Assembly: GCA_977017575.1 (NCBI GenBank) | Contig: CDRNVI010000064.1 | Location: 1 to 54,633 of the forward strand | Source of the DNA: Paramoeba atlantica | Taxonomy: Eukaryota > Protista > Discosea | Length of the DNA: 54,633 nucleotides | Direction: 5' to 3' | Shown here: piece after piece, positions 52,601 to 54,633 of the stretch | How the letters are laid out: every line of letters begins with the position of its first letter | Position numbering within the stretch: the first letter of the stretch is position 1 | The notes under the pieces: generated by a model | The model's input: the letters and a program-made list of their open reading frames with translations, nothing else | What the model was told of the DNA's origin: nothing | Databases searched by the model: none | Position numbers and translations under genes: made by a program

Positions 52601-53769
52601 TGCACCCAAAACAGAACTACATCCCAGATGCGACTACGGTGAGGGTCTTCCAGTACATTACCAGATGTCCACGAGAATACTTTATTATTGTCGTACTCGG
52701 TATTGAAGTACCACACTATAATTCTGCGATCGTCTGCACCAGAAGCAAATGTTTTTTGCATATCCAAGGTCCCGCTTTCGGGTTTTATCCACCGTATAGT
52801 TTCCACTCTTCCTGTATGCCCTGCAGCAGTTGAGTTGTTCCATGATTCGTAAGGCCGATAAATGGGACACACTGCATTCTGAGCGTTCTCCGTGCATCGC
52901 AGATGTGATGCGTTATTTTCGAGTGCCGTCAACGTCTCAATTCCCTGGCCTACTGTGTTGTAAGCATAGATATTTCCGAAGAAAGAGCCCAGCAATACGA
53001 TTCCTGTAAGCGACACCGATGCAGTTGCGAAAACCCGACTCGGGCAGCTCGGAAACACGTGCCGCGAACGTCTTAAAGAGAATTTCTCTTCCTCGTAAGA
53101 CACGTCAAATATGATGCAGGATCCCCAAGTAAATACAGAAAGCAATCGCAGTGGAGCAGTTTTTTCCGCACGATTGACAGAAGTTGTGAACTCAGTGGCT
53201 ACTACCCGGCCAGGAATGTGCACATCACTGATTTCGACCATGTAGAGTGTGTCAACAAGTAACTTGATGTTGCTTGCACTATTTGATCCGACGTTTTCTG
53301 TGCAACGCTTATGTGCACGAACGCAAAATAAAAAAACGCATTGTTCCCCAAAAGCAGCACCTAGCGCACAAATATTGCTTTTCGGCATTTCTATCAGAGA
53401 TATTCCACTCTCATATGGCATGTAAAGATTTGAAAGTCCACATAACTGTAGAGGTTGAGTGCCAAAGGAACAATAGCTAAGGGCGCTAAAGCTAAAAGTA
53501 GCTTGCATTGGGGTATTTTGTGTTTGCGTACTTCCAGAGACACTCGGCTGAATATATTCATGTCCTGTGGTCCCACTACTACTCAGCGGAATATTCGAAC
53601 AGTATCGATAACTGTATTTAACACCACATCCTGATGTAGCGATAACGAAGTCGTATTCGAAAGAGATCATTTCATCATCAATTTCTAGCAAAGAGCATAG
53701 AAAAGAAGGTAGAGGCTTCAGGATAGCGCAGCGCACACACGTTATTGTTCCGTGAAAGCTGCTATCCAT
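49636..53769 (-). CDS. Large WD40-repeat protein, WDR6/Trm734-like
   Basis: GH.GR...SGADDRRIIVW, H.SRIWDV, SAGEDG...LWDL, H..RGIRS, TAGFDGG, plus C-terminal WD repeats. The order matches WDR6/Trm734 as recalled; not verified by search. Confidence 0.65.
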   Translation of the reverse strand: MDSSFHGTITCVRCAILKPLPSFLCSLLEIDDEMISFEYDFVIATSGCGVKYSYRYCSNIPLSSSGTTGHEYIQPSVSGSTQTQNTPMQATFSFSALSYCSFGTQPLQLCGLSNLYMPYESGISLIEMPKSNICALGAAFGEQCVFLFCVRAHKRCTENVGSNSASNIKLLVDTLYMVEISDVHIPGRVVATEFTTSVNRAEKTAPLRLLSVFTWGSCIIFDVSYEEEKFSLRRSRHVFPSCPSRVFATASVSLTGIVLLGSFFGNIYAYNTVGQGIETLTALENNASHLRCTENAQNAVCPIYRPYESWNNSTAAGHTGRVETIRWIKPESGTLDMQKTFASGADDRRIIVWYFNTEYDNNKVFSWTSGNVLEDPHRSRIWDVVLFWVQAHGCLCALSAGEDGAANLWDLTRQQRIHRWEKHRPRGIRSVDLSLSFNSQNDVNDDVTFEAYFCTAGFDGGLYLTGIPWAVFSETPYVGLEPCGAKLCAIDVFLCPDEKSDFQSDLLRCEFSTSRFDFAVHEKSSQTNLVKAMLFSAYSSTTKVSALNEKSDSIRMIQKEITCLTTMWLHKSVSHVRFLGIVGYSNGTVDVISICDTNRGSAHQSFPTSSLDSTKESVEDCTTHSIQLHCFPLLSRKVCRMNVYDEDKLMVLDPIDTVASYQYDESNTRNDEPRFPSARFVALWSISLRKGSIHADCYTNNLFTVSGRVVYMLCVGTKNGSVFFHDLCNVSHARKAQSPLPSTPSAPVSSFSRIHQGAINSVRYMLEQIHPECDVIRVAICGSDGAVSLIQRAVIHHRASQYHDSILPWVFHSRVELSALMSSVLHFSDRPLLRAPMHCDNFHHEGCIVGVTGSRMQVYDSHTLRERASHTVTRSYRTLRTKFCSTGLYTVVCVQNGNKARFITQDSGSLENIGSNAGFVESFQEGFQGHMIHDVCCLSQPIHLRGSQNVELMACVSEDSTVGLLSLTEHLGSLHLEPICLRYTGRSAALCVTALHSYHHTNADDSSTRRHLRHFLTAGGQERVQLWEVCLQNTNDFKNVSYVDTKLGTDVINAVSLECIRSFTLSGSQVLNRILTLCEIPSKCASEISLRMGITSPLTYKAMIGTSQGTLAVIRISLSPEAEPEKNISWSRTFPTGPIRCTACRDLYGDKSVLGHSNELQSYYLVAAGTGSGNIMFLIMNDVFEDISLSKVRWRDSSSMFPFLTSAESSDMILFSAHRGPVFSLQITQSTCPENENAYYQMITGSEDETVTLSVFSISVKPLYEANTKCTELVFHLHFHNTMRLFRIHCAAVRSVGFHSPCAAWSVGADRRVHVFTFWGNSLDNNVTSQHHSTRTRLVNTKLCWTEVAQAQVAVLSEKLRRQTLVVTGQGVEVLRF

Positions 53770-54262
53770 AGGTTCTATTTACACAATGAGGAGTATGCCG
53801 CACCTTGGATATCGGGGCAGGAAGCTTCCGATAGGGGGTTAACTAATACCTATTGTAAATGAACCTATCAAAATAAGCTTGTAATGTCTCGGGATCTTCG
53901 TCTATTCACTCCCCGATCGAACCTGTGATCATTTTCCACATTTACAGGAGTCTGTGCGCCAAAGATTGATTTTCATCCGTCCATTTTAACAAAACCCAGC
54001 AGCGTTTAGGCATAAATGAATGAATCACGCAGAAAAAATATAAATAGAATTGCGTAGTTTGTGTAATAAGCTTTAGATGCGATTTCTCATAGGTACATTA
54101 CTTTGTAATAGGTACATGTACTTTGTCTCTGATATTAAACGGGGGTCTGGCTTAACATACCCCCCGGTATGTTCCCCAAAAAAGATGCGAAGAATTCTTC
54201 TTTTATGAGTAGCAACAAAAGAGTCGTAGGCAGGTTGGCAAAATGCCTTCGGGTTAAAACTA

Positions 54263-54633
54263 AACGAGGGCACGGGTTAACATGCCTATAGCACCATAAC
54301 ATGCCCCCAGGCACGTTATAGTGAAATAGGGTCATACCATAGGGTCATAACATGCTCCTCCTTCTGATTTTCTCGGCGAAGCCGAGCTTTTTTTGGTACC
54401 CTGTATTTCACTCTTGTTTCTTTAATATTTATTTCTGTTAAGCCTTTCTTCAGGATAATACTGTGTTACTTTTTCAATGTCGAATCAGGGCCATACTCGT
54501 GAAGAATCCTCTGAAGAAGAGTTCTCTGAAGACGAGGAGGGGGTCGAGGAAGAGGAAGACGAGCACGAAGAAGAGGATGATGATGAGGAAGACGAAGCTG
54601 CTGATGAAGATGTTGAGCTACTGATAGTAGACT
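54263..54633 (+). mobile_element. 5' end of a TA-flanked element with an acidic ORF starting at 54477 (runs off the window)
   Basis: MSNQGHTREESSEEEFSEDEEGVEEEED... Upstream 240 bp is homologous (inverted) to 430-570/1108-1183. Confidence 0.6.

Noticed and set aside
54263-54282. piggyBac end at TTAA-CCCGTG
   Set aside because: Homology between the two copies extends ~16 bp beyond the TTAA, so TTAA is internal rather than a TSD.

Overview
Eukaryotic, apparently intron-less window, most consistent with a divergent kinetoplastid. The evidence is an FHA+parvulin Par45-type gene, RPA2 with a long N-terminal extension, mS29/DAP3, spliced-leader (SL) RNA-like sequence, and the fact that every host-type gene lies on the minus strand, as in a polycistronic cluster. 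Host genes: a DED1-like helicase, RPA2, Par45, an ARM-repeat protein, mS29, a WDR6/Trm734-like WD40 protein, a large Cys-rich repeat protein, and nine loci of one LRR family (one of them split in two by an insertion), several of them disrupted. Intergenic DNA is packed with DNA transposons and nested MITEs (Tc1/mariner, pogo-type, hAT, Merlin/IS1595-like). The most notable observation is SL RNA gene repeat units outside an array. One circularly permuted ~643-bp unit splits an LRR gene between 5-bp TCATA direct repeats. A second, diverged SL gene with flanking spacers is carried inside a TA-flanked TIR element that itself interrupts a Tc1 transposase. All calls come from manual reading and motif recognition; no database searches were run, and coordinates of degenerate elements are approximate.
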